Shown in pieces: positions 1-8,944 of a stretch of 64,000 nucleotides of DNA. Each line of letters begins with the position of its first letter. Positions within the stretch are counted from its first letter, which is position 1. A model generated the notes under the pieces. That model saw nothing but the letters and a program-made list of their open reading frames with translations, had not been told where the DNA came from and ran no database searches. The stretch comes from an uncultured virus (IMG/VR IMGVR_UViG_3300024255_000007) (Duplodnaviria; Heunggongvirae; Uroviricota; Caudoviricetes), in IMG/VR virus record IMGVR_UViG_3300024255_000007. One strand, 5' to 3'. Both the position numbers and the translations under genes were made by a program.

Positions 1-440
1 TTAACCCTACTGGAAATTTCGTTATTGGTGGTCCTGACGGTGATGCAGGTGTTACTGGGCGGAAAATTATTGTTGATACTTATGGGGGTTTTGCTCCTCA
101 TGGTGGCGGTGCGTTTAGTGGCAAAGACCCAACAAAAGTCGACAGAAGTGCCGCCTACATGGCACGATGGCTCGCCAAGAATGTAGTAGCAGATAATATG
201 GCAGACTGGTGTAATATCCAGTTGAGCTACGCTATTGGTGTTAAAGAACCTACAAGCATTTATGTAGATTCAAATGGACACAATACTAGTATTGCAAAGT
301 TTATTGAACGTGAGATTGATTTAACTCCAAAAGGAATCATTGACAGGTTTGATTTATTCAAGTATACTAATTATAGTAAAAACTGTACATACGGACACTT
401 CGGTGATAAAGATGTACCATGGGAAAGGATAGGATGGTAA
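1..440 (+). CDS. metK: S-adenosylmethionine synthetase, 5'-truncated by window edge
   Basis: Frame open from base 3: [52 protein letters not shown], later QLSYAIGV and YGHFG; these are MetK signature motifs. The ORF-track start at 159 is an internal Met. Confidence 0.97.
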   Translation, partial: NPTGNFVIGGPDGDAGVTGRKIIVDTYGGFAPHGGGAFSGKDPTKVDRSAAYMARWLAKNVVADNMADWCNIQLSYAIGVKEPTSIYVDSNGHNTSIAKFIEREIDLTPKGIIDRFDLFKYTNYSKNCTYGHFGDKDVPWERIGW

Positions 441-443
441 ATT

Positions 444-842
444 ATGGGATGGTGGAATAAATTAATTAGAGATTCTAAAAAAGAAGCTGAAGCTATTTTA
501 GATGAAATAGAAGAAAAGACTCCGGAAGATATTCGAAGAGCAGCATTAGACGAAGAAAAAGAAGCGGCTACAAACGCAAATCAACCGTGGGTTGCTGTAC
601 TAGATACACAAGTTAATCCAGATAATATTAAGAACGGATTCTTTGAACTTGACTGGAATAACGAGTTTATCGAGCAATTACTCGATGCAGGTTATAAAGG
701 TGAATCACAAGAAGAAATTGTTGATGCTTGGTTTAAAACTATTGTAACACAGATGCTAGATGATGAAGGTCAAACAACTGATAGAGAGATGGGCTATGTT
801 AACGTAGTTCCTATCGACAAAGGAAGAAGCGAAGTAAGTTAA
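444..842 (+). CDS. Hypothetical phage protein (132 aa, acidic)
   Basis: Full ORF directly after metK; no recognisable motif. Confidence 0.8.
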   Translation: MGWWNKLIRDSKKEAEAILDEIEEKTPEDIRRAALDEEKEAATNANQPWVAVLDTQVNPDNIKNGFFELDWNNEFIEQLLDAGYKGESQEEIVDAWFKTIVTQMLDDEGQTTDREMGYVNVVPIDKGRSEVS

Positions 843-845
843 TGA

Positions 846-874
846 TTGACATAAGCCAGATCTGGCGCTATAAT
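846..874 (+). promoter_or_regulatory. Consensus sigma70-type promoter with palindromic spacer
   Basis: TTGACA (846-851), 17 nt, TATAAT (869-874); spacer contains the perfect palindrome GCCAGATCTGGC (855-866). Confidence 0.85.
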
Positions 875-903
875 AATACTATAAATTACACAAAGGCAAA
901 CTA

Positions 904-1890
904 ATGGCAACTTATATTCTTGTAGACACTGCAAACACATTTTTTCGTGCAAGGCACGTTGTTCGTGGCGACATTGACACTAAGGTTGGTATGGCATTCC
1001 ATATTACACTTGCTGGTGTTAAGAAAGCATGGAAAGACTTTAAAGCAGATCATGTTGTGTTTTGTTTAGAAGGTCGTAGCTGGCGTAAGGACTACTATGA
1101 ACCTTACAAGCGTAACAGGCAAGTTTCACGTGATGCACTTACTCCTGCACAACAAGAAGAAGATACTGTGTTTTGGGAGTGCTTTGACGAGTTTAAGAAC
1201 TTTGTTACAGACAAGACTAACTGCACTGTTATGCGACATTCGCAACTAGAAGCAGATGATCTTATTGCTGGCTGGGTACAAGCACATCCTAATGACAATC
1301 ATGTTATTATTAGTACTGACGGTGACTTTGCACAGCTCATTGCGCCTAACTGTACACAGTACAATGGCATACAAGATGTTACTATTACACACGAAGGTTA
1401 CTTTGATAAGAAAGGTAATCATGTAATTGATAAGAAGACTAAAGAAGCTAAGCCTGCACCCGAGCCTGACTTTATGTTGTTTGAGAAGTGTATGCGTGGC
1501 GACACTAGTGACAACGTGTTTAGTGCTTACCCTGGTGTACGTAAGAAAGGCACTAAGAACAAAGTTGGTCTTATTGAAGCATTTGCAGACAAAGACAACA
1601 AAGGCTTTAACTGGAATAACATGATGCTACAGCGTTGGACTGATCATGAAGGTACAGAGCATCGTGTACTAGATGACTATCAACGCAATGTTGTACTATG
1701 TGACTTGACTGCACAACCTGCAGACATTAGAGAGATAATTAATAATACTATTACAGAACATGCAAAGCCTAAAGAAGTATCACAGGTAGGCATGCGTCTT
1801 ATGAAATTTTGTGCTAAATGGGATATGCAACGTATTGCAGACCAGGCAGCGCAGTTTGCAGAACCATTACAAGCGAGGTATCCCCATTGA
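904..1890 (+). CDS. rnh: T4-type RNase H / 5'-3' exonuclease (FEN-like)
   Basis: ILVDTANTFFR, SWRKDYYEPYKRNR, EADDLIA, ISTDGDFAQL and GDTSDNV motifs of the 5'-nuclease family. Confidence 0.9.
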   Translation: MATYILVDTANTFFRARHVVRGDIDTKVGMAFHITLAGVKKAWKDFKADHVVFCLEGRSWRKDYYEPYKRNRQVSRDALTPAQQEEDTVFWECFDEFKNFVTDKTNCTVMRHSQLEADDLIAGWVQAHPNDNHVIISTDGDFAQLIAPNCTQYNGIQDVTITHEGYFDKKGNHVIDKKTKEAKPAPEPDFMLFEKCMRGDTSDNVFSAYPGVRKKGTKNKVGLIEAFADKDNKGFNWNNMMLQRWTDHEGTEHRVLDDYQRNVVLCDLTAQPADIREIINNTITEHAKPKEVSQVGMRLMKFCAKWDMQRIADQAAQFAEPLQARYPH

Positions 1891-2351
1891 TTAAAACAAA
1901 AACAATTCTTAAAGACAAGTTTTGGATTGTCGAAGAAGGCAACGACAAAGTAGGCACTCTTACATGGAATGACGATAAATTTGTTCTATCTTCAAAAGGC
2001 AGTGTAAGCTTTTTTGATACTAAGCGTCAATTAGAAAATACATTAGGATTAAAACTTACAGAAAAAGTAGCGTCCGAGACTAATGTAGATATTACAAAAG
2101 AAGTATACAACTATCCTACAAGTTGTCGACCATTTAATGAAATGTATGATGTAAAAAGAAAACTGCCGTTGTTCACAAAAAGTGCTAAATCTAAAAGCTT
2201 GTACTGTGCAGGATATTACATTATACGCTTTGATAAAGGTTGGGTACAAAGTCATTGTCCTAAGCTAATCACATTAGAACGCTACAATTATAAAGGCCCG
2301 TTTAAAACAGAGTTTCAAATGCGACAGGAATTAAGCAATGCCAAACGCTGA
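1887..2351 (+). CDS. Hypothetical phage protein (probable TTG start at 1887)
   Basis: In-frame TTG overlaps the rnh stop (TTGA) with GAGG upstream; the longer ORF-track start overlaps rnh by 70 nt. Confidence 0.75.
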   Translation: MIKTKTILKDKFWIVEEGNDKVGTLTWNDDKFVLSSKGSVSFFDTKRQLENTLGLKLTEKVASETNVDITKEVYNYPTSCRPFNEMYDVKRKLPLFTKSAKSKSLYCAGYYIIRFDKGWVQSHCPKLITLERYNYKGPFKTEFQMRQELSNAKR

Positions 2352-2583
2352 ACCTCTAAATACTTTACCAATACAGCAATTCATTTCTCAAGTAAAAAGT
2401 GCTGATGCCGGGCAGGCACGAGAAGTAAAGGTAAATATACAGCAAGCTAAAAAACTTGCATTTACTCTAGGTGAAGTAATGACTAGATTAAATGGTGATC
2501 TTGAGAAACTACTTATAGATCAAGCTAAAGGCGAAAATGATTTAATACAAATTCAAATGGACGCAGGAGCAGGCTGGAAATAA
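2338..2583 (+). CDS. Hypothetical protein (81 aa)
   Basis: Coupled ORF with an AGGA RBS-like element upstream. Confidence 0.75.
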   Translation: MPNAEPLNTLPIQQFISQVKSADAGQAREVKVNIQQAKKLAFTLGEVMTRLNGDLEKLLIDQAKGENDLIQIQMDAGAGWK

Positions 2584-2598
2584 CCCACAGGTATATTT

Positions 2599-2811
2599 AT
2601 GGAATGGTACAAAGTTTGGAGGAGCAATCCTAAAAAAGTAAAACATACGACCATTGATGTAATGAAGGATGATGTAGATCCTTCAGAAGTATCAATTGAA
2701 AATGCCTACAAAACTCGATGGATTTGGTATCATACTATATTAGCAATAGGTATCTTTTTTACAAATATTGTATTGATTGCTATACTATTATTACTTGCTA
2801 TAAAGCTATAA
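2599..2811 (+). CDS. Small membrane protein
   Basis: C-terminal hydrophobic stretch ILAIGIFFTNIVLIAILLLLAI. Confidence 0.7.
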   Translation: MEWYKVWRSNPKKVKHTTIDVMKDDVDPSEVSIENAYKTRWIWYHTILAIGIFFTNIVLIAILLLLAIKL

Positions 2812-2836
2812 AGCACGTAGATAACTGCAAAAAGAG

Positions 2837-2875
2837 ATAAATATATGCGTAGTTAATTAGAAGGATTACGCATAT
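2837..2875 (+). promoter_or_regulatory. ATAAATA late-promoter-like motif followed by hairpin covering RBS and start codon
   Basis: ATAAATA 2837-2843; inverted repeat ATATGCGTA (2843-2851) / TACGCATAT (2867-2875) encloses AAGGA and overlaps ATG 2874. Confidence 0.65.
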
Positions 2876-3161
2876 GAGCAGACCAAAGCCAAAAATTTTA
2901 TTAGAATTTACTAATAAAAAAACCTATAGATCAGAACAAGTATTAGATGCCGAAGCAATTTGGGCTGTTTTTTATCAAGGTAAGCCTTTCAATTTAAAAA
3001 GTTCTAATGCACTAACTAACTATCCTGGTCCTAAATATAAAAAAACAAGTTTCTCTAATCCTGGCCATGCACACAATCTTGTAAAAAAGATGAACGATAT
3101 GTTCAATACTACTGACTTCTGTGTTGTTAGACTAACAACAGGTGAAGTTGTTGACGAATGA
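2874..3161 (+). CDS. Hypothetical phage protein (95 aa, basic)
   Basis: AAGGA RBS; ATGA-coupled to next gene. Confidence 0.8.
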   Translation: MSRPKPKILLEFTNKKTYRSEQVLDAEAIWAVFYQGKPFNLKSSNALTNYPGPKYKKTSFSNPGHAHNLVKKMNDMFNTTDFCVVRLTTGEVVDE

Positions 3162-3547
3162 ACTGGAAAGAGACATATACTAAGATCTTTCTAAAAGAAC
3201 TTAACAAAACTATTGACGAAACTAATGTTAAACAGTATATGCCAATATGGTGGAAAAATACACGAAATAAAGGAACAGGTGGATTACGATTAACCGACGA
3301 AGGAATGGAAGTATTACAAACTATAGGATTAGCAACCTACGATATACCATATCCAAGAGACATGCCGTTAACTACACAAGTTATTATTTTTTTAGATCAG
3401 TTAATAGATTGCCCTTACTATATAACTAATAGAGCAATAACAGTAACGAACGAAAAGAAAGCAGTCGAGCTTACACTGTTTTCGGGCGATTTAAGAAAGT
3501 ACGGTATTACAAAAGCAATGAAAAGACAAGCCAAGGATGAAAATTGA
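3158..3547 (+). CDS. Hypothetical phage protein (129 aa)
   Basis: ATGA overlap with upstream gene; full ORF. Confidence 0.8.
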   Translation: MNWKETYTKIFLKELNKTIDETNVKQYMPIWWKNTRNKGTGGLRLTDEGMEVLQTIGLATYDIPYPRDMPLTTQVIIFLDQLIDCPYYITNRAITVTNEKKAVELTLFSGDLRKYGITKAMKRQAKDEN

Positions 3548-3767
3548 TCTACACGGATTGCATATTCACAATGCTTGGAAACATTTCAATCAAGCAATAA
3601 CTGAAGCATATCTATCAAATAATAAAAAAGTACACGTTATAACAGGACAAGGTGCTATTATGCGTGAAGTTGAAGTATGGGCACGTAATCATTCATATGT
3701 TAAAGAGTGTGTTCAGAATCCAAGAAATCCCGGAAGTTTTTCTATTAAATTACAAAAAAGTGGTTGA
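3537..3767 (+). CDS. Stand-alone Smr/MutS2 C-terminal domain protein
   Basis: IDLHG, VITGQG and NPG motifs diagnostic of Smr domains. Confidence 0.85.
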   Translation: MKIDLHGLHIHNAWKHFNQAITEAYLSNNKKVHVITGQGAIMREVEVWARNHSYVKECVQNPRNPGSFSIKLQKSG

Positions 3768-3791
3768 CTTTTCCTGTATTGATGTTATTAT
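3764..3791 (+). promoter_or_regulatory. Probable sigma70-type promoter
   Basis: TTGACT (3764-3769), 16 nt, TATTAT preceded by TGn (extended -10), upstream of the MoxR gene. Confidence 0.55.
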
Positions 3792-3840
3792 AGTTACATA
3801 AGTTATTAATTAGCACTGAAACTTTAGAAGGGTAATACAC

Positions 3841-4929
3841 ATGGAACATATCTCAACACGCACGGTTACACCAAACAGCGCAAAATCTAGCATCAAAGTA
3901 GCACTACGTAAAAAACGTCCAATCTTTTTGTGGGGACCTCCAGGCATTGGTAAGTCCGAAATCGTTGGTCAAATTACAAATGGCTTGCCTAACTCACACT
4001 TAATTGACATTCGCTTGTCATTATGGGAACCTACAGACATTAAAGGTATTCCGTACTTCGACAGCAACTCAGGTACAATGGTTTGGGGTGCGCCTAGCGA
4101 ACTTCCAAGCGAAGAGTTTGCGGCACAATATGATAACATTGTATTGTTCTTAGATGAAATGAACTCTGCGGCGCCTAGCGTACAAGCGGCAGCTTATCAA
4201 CTTATTCTCAATCGTCGTGTAGGACAATACAAACTACCTGACAATGTAATGATTGTTGCGGCTGGTAACCGAGACGCAGACAAAGGCGTTACATACCGCA
4301 TGCCTGCTCCGTTAGCTAATCGCTTCATCCACTTAGAATTAGCAGTATCATTTAATGATTGGTTTGACTGGGCTGTAGACAATAAAATACACAACGAGGT
4401 AGTAGGCTTCCTTACTTTTAGTAAGAAAGACTTATACGATTTCGACCCTAAGTCACCTTCACGCTCTTTTGCAACGCCTCGTTCATGGACGTTTGTATCA
4501 GAACTTATTGAAGATGAGTTAGACGAAAACACCACTACTGATTTAGTTAGTGGTTCAGTAGGAGAAGGCTTGGCTGTCAAGTTTATGGCTCACCGCAAGG
4601 TTGCTGCCAGTATGCCTAATCCAACTGATATCCTAGCAGGTAAAGTCAAAGAGATGAAAGGTAAAGAAATCAGTGCTATGTATTCCCTTACTGTATCTCT
4701 GTGTTACGAGTTAAAAGAAGCTTGTGACCGTGGCGACAAAAAGTTTGATGACAAAGTCAACAACTTCCTGCGCTTTGCAATGGACAATTTTGATACCGAA
4801 CTAGTTGTTATGGGCATTAAGCTCGCACTTACTCAGTACTCATTGCCCATTGATCCAGATGAGGTAGCATGCTTTGACGAATTCCATGATCGTTATGGTA
4901 AGTACATTAAGGCTGCTCAATCATCGTAA
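3841..4929 (+). CDS. MoxR-family AAA+ ATPase
   Basis: Walker A GPPGIGKS, Walker B LFLDEMN, sensor AAGN, arginine finger LANRF, TPRSW. Confidence 0.9.
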   Translation: MEHISTRTVTPNSAKSSIKVALRKKRPIFLWGPPGIGKSEIVGQITNGLPNSHLIDIRLSLWEPTDIKGIPYFDSNSGTMVWGAPSELPSEEFAAQYDNIVLFLDEMNSAAPSVQAAAYQLILNRRVGQYKLPDNVMIVAAGNRDADKGVTYRMPAPLANRFIHLELAVSFNDWFDWAVDNKIHNEVVGFLTFSKKDLYDFDPKSPSRSFATPRSWTFVSELIEDELDENTTTDLVSGSVGEGLAVKFMAHRKVAASMPNPTDILAGKVKEMKGKEISAMYSLTVSLCYELKEACDRGDKKFDDKVNNFLRFAMDNFDTELVVMGIKLALTQYSLPIDPDEVACFDEFHDRYGKYIKAAQSS

Positions 4930-4933
4930 CTAG

Positions 4934-4969
4934 ATGGGTAGGTCTTTTATAGGCCTACCCATTCTTTTT
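4934..4969 (+). terminator. Rho-independent terminator
   Basis: Stem ATGGGTAGG...CCTACCCAT followed by TCTTTTT just after the ATPase stop. Confidence 0.8.
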
Positions 4970-4971
4970 GG

Positions 4972-4999
4972 TTGACATTTCTATAAGATATGTTATAAT
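4972..4999 (+). promoter_or_regulatory. Sigma70-type promoter
   Basis: TTGACA (4972-4977), 16 nt, TATAAT (4994-4999) preceded by TGn. Confidence 0.8.
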
Positions 5000-5029
5000 A
5001 ATAGAGTAATAAAACAAAGGACATAGCAC

Positions 5030-6361
5030 ATGTTTGACTCACAAGTTATCTATAATTTAGACGGTAAGAAGAATTGGCAACCAGACCCTAATATTACAGA
5101 TGCACAATTACTTGTAATGCGAGAAGAAGTATTAGATCGTATTATTGTTGCACGAGTAGGCTTATTACTGCGTCATCCGTTCTTTGGTAATATGGCAACA
5201 CGTTTACAGATTAAGGCAGCAGACGACTGGTGTCCTACAGCTGCCGTAGATGGTCGTAATTTATACTATAATACACAATTCTTTAATGCTATGGACAATA
5301 AAGAAATTGAGTTTGTTATCGCACACGAAATTTTACACTGTGTATTCGATCACTTAGAGCGCCGTACTTGGCAGGGCCGAGACTTAGATGCATTGCTATC
5401 TAATATTGCACAAGACTATATTGTAAACAATACACTAGTACGTGACCGTATTGGTACTAAGCCTAGTTTTATTGATTGCTATCAAGATTTTAAATACGAA
5501 GACTGGACTTCAGAAGAAGTATATGATGACTTGTTTGAAGAAGCTAAAAAGCATGGTGAAGAATATCTTAAAACACTAGGCGAAATGTTAGACGAACATC
5601 TCGAACTAGACGACGAAGGCGGTAATGGTGGAGACGACGGAGACGGTACTGACGGCAACGGTAACAAGATAAGTCAAAAAGCACCTAAGTATTCTAAAGG
5701 CGAAATACAAAAAATTAAGGACGAAGTAAAAGATGGTATGCTACAGGCTGCACAAGCCGCAGGTGCAGGCAATACACCTAAGGGTGTGCAACGTATTATA
5801 CAACAACTAACTGAGCCTAAAATCAATTGGCGTGAATTGTTACGCCAACAAATTCAGTCTACCATTAAAAGTGATTTTACATTTAGTCGTCCTTCACGTA
5901 AAGGACAAATGAGCGGAGCAATATTGCCCGGAATGAACTTTGAAGATACTATTGATATTTGTACATGCATTGACATGAGCGGATCTATTGGTAACGCACA
6001 AGCAAAAGACTTCTTAAGTGAAGTACAGGGCATTATGGACGAATACAGAGACTATAACATTAAAGTTTGGTGCTTTGATACTAGTGTCTACAATGAACAA
6101 GACTTTACTACCGACAACGGCGAACGGTTAGAAGAGTACGAAGTCATAGGTGGCGGCGGCACTGACTTTATGGTTAACTGGACATATATGAAAGATCAAG
6201 GTATCGAACCTAAAAAACTTATTATGTTTACAGACGGTTATGCGTGGGATAGTTGGGGAGATCCAGACTATTGCGAAACTGTGTTTATTATTCATAGTCA
6301 TGGGGATAAAAATTTGCAAGCACCGTTTGGTGTAACTGCACATTATGACGAAACTGCATGA
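5030..6361 (+). CDS. HExxH metallopeptidase-like + vWA domain protein (DUF2201-like), MoxR partner
   Basis: TAAVDG..LYYN, HEILH, acidic Gly-rich linker, MIDAS DMSGS, GGGGTDF and FTDG. Confidence 0.88.
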   Translation: MFDSQVIYNLDGKKNWQPDPNITDAQLLVMREEVLDRIIVARVGLLLRHPFFGNMATRLQIKAADDWCPTAAVDGRNLYYNTQFFNAMDNKEIEFVIAHEILHCVFDHLERRTWQGRDLDALLSNIAQDYIVNNTLVRDRIGTKPSFIDCYQDFKYEDWTSEEVYDDLFEEAKKHGEEYLKTLGEMLDEHLELDDEGGNGGDDGDGTDGNGNKISQKAPKYSKGEIQKIKDEVKDGMLQAAQAAGAGNTPKGVQRIIQQLTEPKINWRELLRQQIQSTIKSDFTFSRPSRKGQMSGAILPGMNFEDTIDICTCIDMSGSIGNAQAKDFLSEVQGIMDEYRDYNIKVWCFDTSVYNEQDFTTDNGERLEEYEVIGGGGTDFMVNWTYMKDQGIEPKKLIMFTDGYAWDSWGDPDYCETVFIIHSHGDKNLQAPFGVTAHYDETA

Positions 6362-6636
6362 AAACAATAAAAGAACCTAATCCTCTTAACTTCTTTAATG
6401 TAAGGAAAGTAAATATACTTCCTCCTCATTTTGAAGTTGTGGTACAACCTATGATGTACAATCTAGAAGATAGTGTCGGTCGTTGGATTAAGACACATCT
6501 AAAAGGAAGGTATTTTGTAGGCAAAGGAGTAGCACTCCAAAACTCGAGTATTGAAACAGTATACAAAATAGGATTTGAAGATCCTAAAGAAGCAAGTTAT
6601 TTCATGTTGGCGTGTCCACATTTGAAATATAAGTAA
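6358..6636 (+). CDS. Hypothetical protein (92 aa)
   Basis: ATGA-coupled ORF. Confidence 0.75.
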   Translation: MKTIKEPNPLNFFNVRKVNILPPHFEVVVQPMMYNLEDSVGRWIKTHLKGRYFVGKGVALQNSSIETVYKIGFEDPKEASYFMLACPHLKYK

Positions 6637-6675
6637 ATACTATGCACATATATATTATTACAAAAGGAGATTAAT

Positions 6676-6903
6676 ATGAGCGAAGAAAAAGCACCAGACC
6701 TAAGTGTACAGGATCTAACTGCAATGAAGACTATTATCGATGTTGCAAGTCAACGTGGCGCATTTAAGCCAGGTGAGATGACTACAGTCGGTACAGTATA
6801 CGATAAATTAGAAAAGTTTCTAAACGCTGTAGCGGATCAGCAAGCGGCATCAGAAGAAGATAGCGCCGAAGTTCCTACAGAAGAAGCTCCACAAGGAGAA
6901 TAA
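6676..6903 (+). CDS. Hypothetical phage protein (75 aa, acidic tail)
   Basis: Strong AGGAG RBS; GTAAATA motif at 6633-6639 upstream. Confidence 0.8.
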   Translation: MSEEKAPDLSVQDLTAMKTIIDVASQRGAFKPGEMTTVGTVYDKLEKFLNAVADQQAASEEDSAEVPTEEAPQGE

Positions 6904-6904
6904 T

Positions 6905-7519
6905 ATGCCAGACATGAAACATGTCGGAAGACAAATAAACAACCAGCGCAAGTGTTTTGTTGCATACAGAGTTGTTCCAAAAGATCCAGAGAACTGCTTA
7001 GTAGTCTTTAGTGACTCGCTCGATGCATCTTATCACGATTCATTAGTTGAAGTAGTAGAGTCTAATGCAGGACAAACTGCATACGAACTTGCTGATGCAA
7101 TGATGCGTGTAAAACTTGCAGACGGAAGAAATATGTTAACACACTTTTCTGCTACAGGCAAGCTAGTAAAGATGCCTACTAGAGATATTGAAATGACTCC
7201 TAACTTTAGTGCTAAAGTAAACCTTGCTGAATTAAACAGCATAATTGCACAACAAAAAGGTGTTGCAGTAGAAGATTTAGCATTGCAAAACGGTGACGAT
7301 AAAGAATCACCAGGCAATCCAGATCCTGTTGCAGTGTACACTGAGCAACCTGCTCCAGTAGCTGCTCCGGATAGTGGTGTATTGAGTGATGAAGATTTAG
7401 CATCACAATATAGATCACAAGCTGATGCAATGTTTAAAGAAGCACAAATACTACGTAAGCAAGCTGAAGAGCTAGTACCTACAAAGAAAAAGGCAGTGAA
7501 GACTAAAGCTAGTGCCTAA
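6905..7519 (+). CDS. Hypothetical phage protein (204 aa)
   Basis: AGGAG RBS; full ORF. Confidence 0.8.
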   Translation: MPDMKHVGRQINNQRKCFVAYRVVPKDPENCLVVFSDSLDASYHDSLVEVVESNAGQTAYELADAMMRVKLADGRNMLTHFSATGKLVKMPTRDIEMTPNFSAKVNLAELNSIIAQQKGVAVEDLALQNGDDKESPGNPDPVAVYTEQPAPVAAPDSGVLSDEDLASQYRSQADAMFKEAQILRKQAEELVPTKKKAVKTKASA

Positions 7520-7823
7520 GAAGAAGAATAATATATCTCCGGAAGTAGCCGATCATTGGCCAGGTGTACTCGATGACGTCGACATAAAAGTCGTTCCAAT
7601 CGAGTACATCAAGTCCGTCGAAGTAAAATTTGACGATGGTAAGGTCTGGGTAATGGATATCGACCGCGAAGAAGCTGATGCTGAAGAATTAGACATTGCT
7701 CTTGAAGAAATTCTTGAAACATACGAAGACGAAATAGAAGGTGTTAACTTTGTTGTTGATATTCCTAAAGTAAAACACGATATTATAAAGCGTACTAGAA
7801 TGTTTATGAAGAAAAAGAAATAA
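7512..7823 (+). CDS. Hypothetical protein (103 aa, GTG start)
   Basis: Coupled ORF, acidic core with basic termini. Confidence 0.7.
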   Translation: MPKKKNNISPEVADHWPGVLDDVDIKVVPIEYIKSVEVKFDDGKVWVMDIDREEADAEELDIALEEILETYEDEIEGVNFVVDIPKVKHDIIKRTRMFMKKKK

Positions 7824-7867
7824 AAAGGCATAAATACATATAGCAAATAAACTAGGAGTTGTTGGTA

Positions 7868-8884
7868 ATGGCCTTAAAACTAAGACGCGGAACTGATGTC
7901 GAAAGACAAGCAATAACACCCGAAGCCGGAGAGCCGATTTGGGTTGATAACAATACATTATATGTAGGTGATGGCTCTACACAAGGTGGCATTAAAATTA
8001 CTGGCGATATCAACGCTGACTTAGCCACTGCAAGTATAGGTGCGTTAAGTGACGTAGATACAAGTAGTGTAGGACATGTTCCGTCAGATGGTGATTCGTT
8101 GTTATGGCACGATTCAATGGGCCATTGGATGCCAGGTACACCGTCCTTAACATTAGACGATATATCCAACGTTAATCTTACATCTAATCCTCCTACTGTT
8201 AATCAAGTTTTGTCATGGTCAGGCACAGAATGGGTTCCACAATCTGCTGTAGTTGGAACAATTTTTGATGGTGACATTATTGGTAGTGTGTTCGGAGACG
8301 ATAGTACATTAATCGTTGACGGCATTAATAATACCGTAACTCCTTTAACTCTTAAAACTGGTGAAATTGTTGCAGATAAACTAGACCCATTTTCACTAGT
8401 TAATAACTCAGTCGAAGTATCTGCACAAACATTAGATGATGTTGGGATTAGACTACGTAGACTTAGTGCTGTAGCAGATGCTGTACAAACGGATATCGGT
8501 TCTATATATTTTGACGGCATTGATAAGAATAATGAGGATTTCCAAAGTACTGCATCGTACATTATTACCTCTGCTGAACAATCAGGTGCAGACCCTTATT
8601 TAAAATCTAAACTAATATTCGGTGTAATCGGTGCTGACGGAAATGCAACCGGCGATAATCAAGTAACTATTACTTGGGACGGAAATGTCGGTATGGGGAC
8701 TAGCACTCCTAGTGCAAAACTAGACGTACAAGGTCCTATCTTACCAGGTGTATATGCAGATGCTACTGCACGTGATGCAGCTATCACTAGTCCAGTAGCT
8801 GGCATGATGATATTTGTAACCGACGTAGCAAAGTTCCAAGGTAACACCGACGGTACTATTACTGGCTGGGTTAATTTAAACTAA
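7868..8884 (+). CDS. Short tail-fibre/virion appendage-like protein
   Basis: N-terminus ALKLRRGT..ITPEAGE..LYVGDGSTQGG resembles phage fibre (Mtd/hyaluronidase-like) N-termini; LSDVD/LDDISNV fibre repeats; GNVGMGTSTPSAKLDVQG. AGGAG RBS before ATG 7868 and ATAAATA at 7830-7836. Confidence 0.75.
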   Translation: MALKLRRGTDVERQAITPEAGEPIWVDNNTLYVGDGSTQGGIKITGDINADLATASIGALSDVDTSSVGHVPSDGDSLLWHDSMGHWMPGTPSLTLDDISNVNLTSNPPTVNQVLSWSGTEWVPQSAVVGTIFDGDIIGSVFGDDSTLIVDGINNTVTPLTLKTGEIVADKLDPFSLVNNSVEVSAQTLDDVGIRLRRLSAVADAVQTDIGSIYFDGIDKNNEDFQSTASYIITSAEQSGADPYLKSKLIFGVIGADGNATGDNQVTITWDGNVGMGTSTPSAKLDVQGPILPGVYADATARDAAITSPVAGMMIFVTDVAKFQGNTDGTITGWVNLN

Positions 8885-8902
8885 TCACTTATTAAGACTC
8901 TA

Positions 8903-8940
8903 GGTATTATATCAACTAAATATTGATATAATACCGGAGG
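8903..8940 (+). promoter_or_regulatory. 13-bp perfect hairpin with CTAAATA in the loop, abutting the GGAGG RBS
   Basis: GGTATTATATCAA (8903-8915), CTAAATA, TTGATATAATACC (8923-8935), then GGAGG. Confidence 0.75.
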
Positions 8941-8944
8941 CTAT

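Noticed and set aside
159..440. 93-aa ORF as a complete gene
   Set aside because: It is the C-terminal part of metK; the frame is open from the window start.
5610..5665. GAC/GGC-rich low-complexity stretch as a DNA repeat element
   Set aside because: It simply encodes the Asp/Gly linker of the vWA protein.
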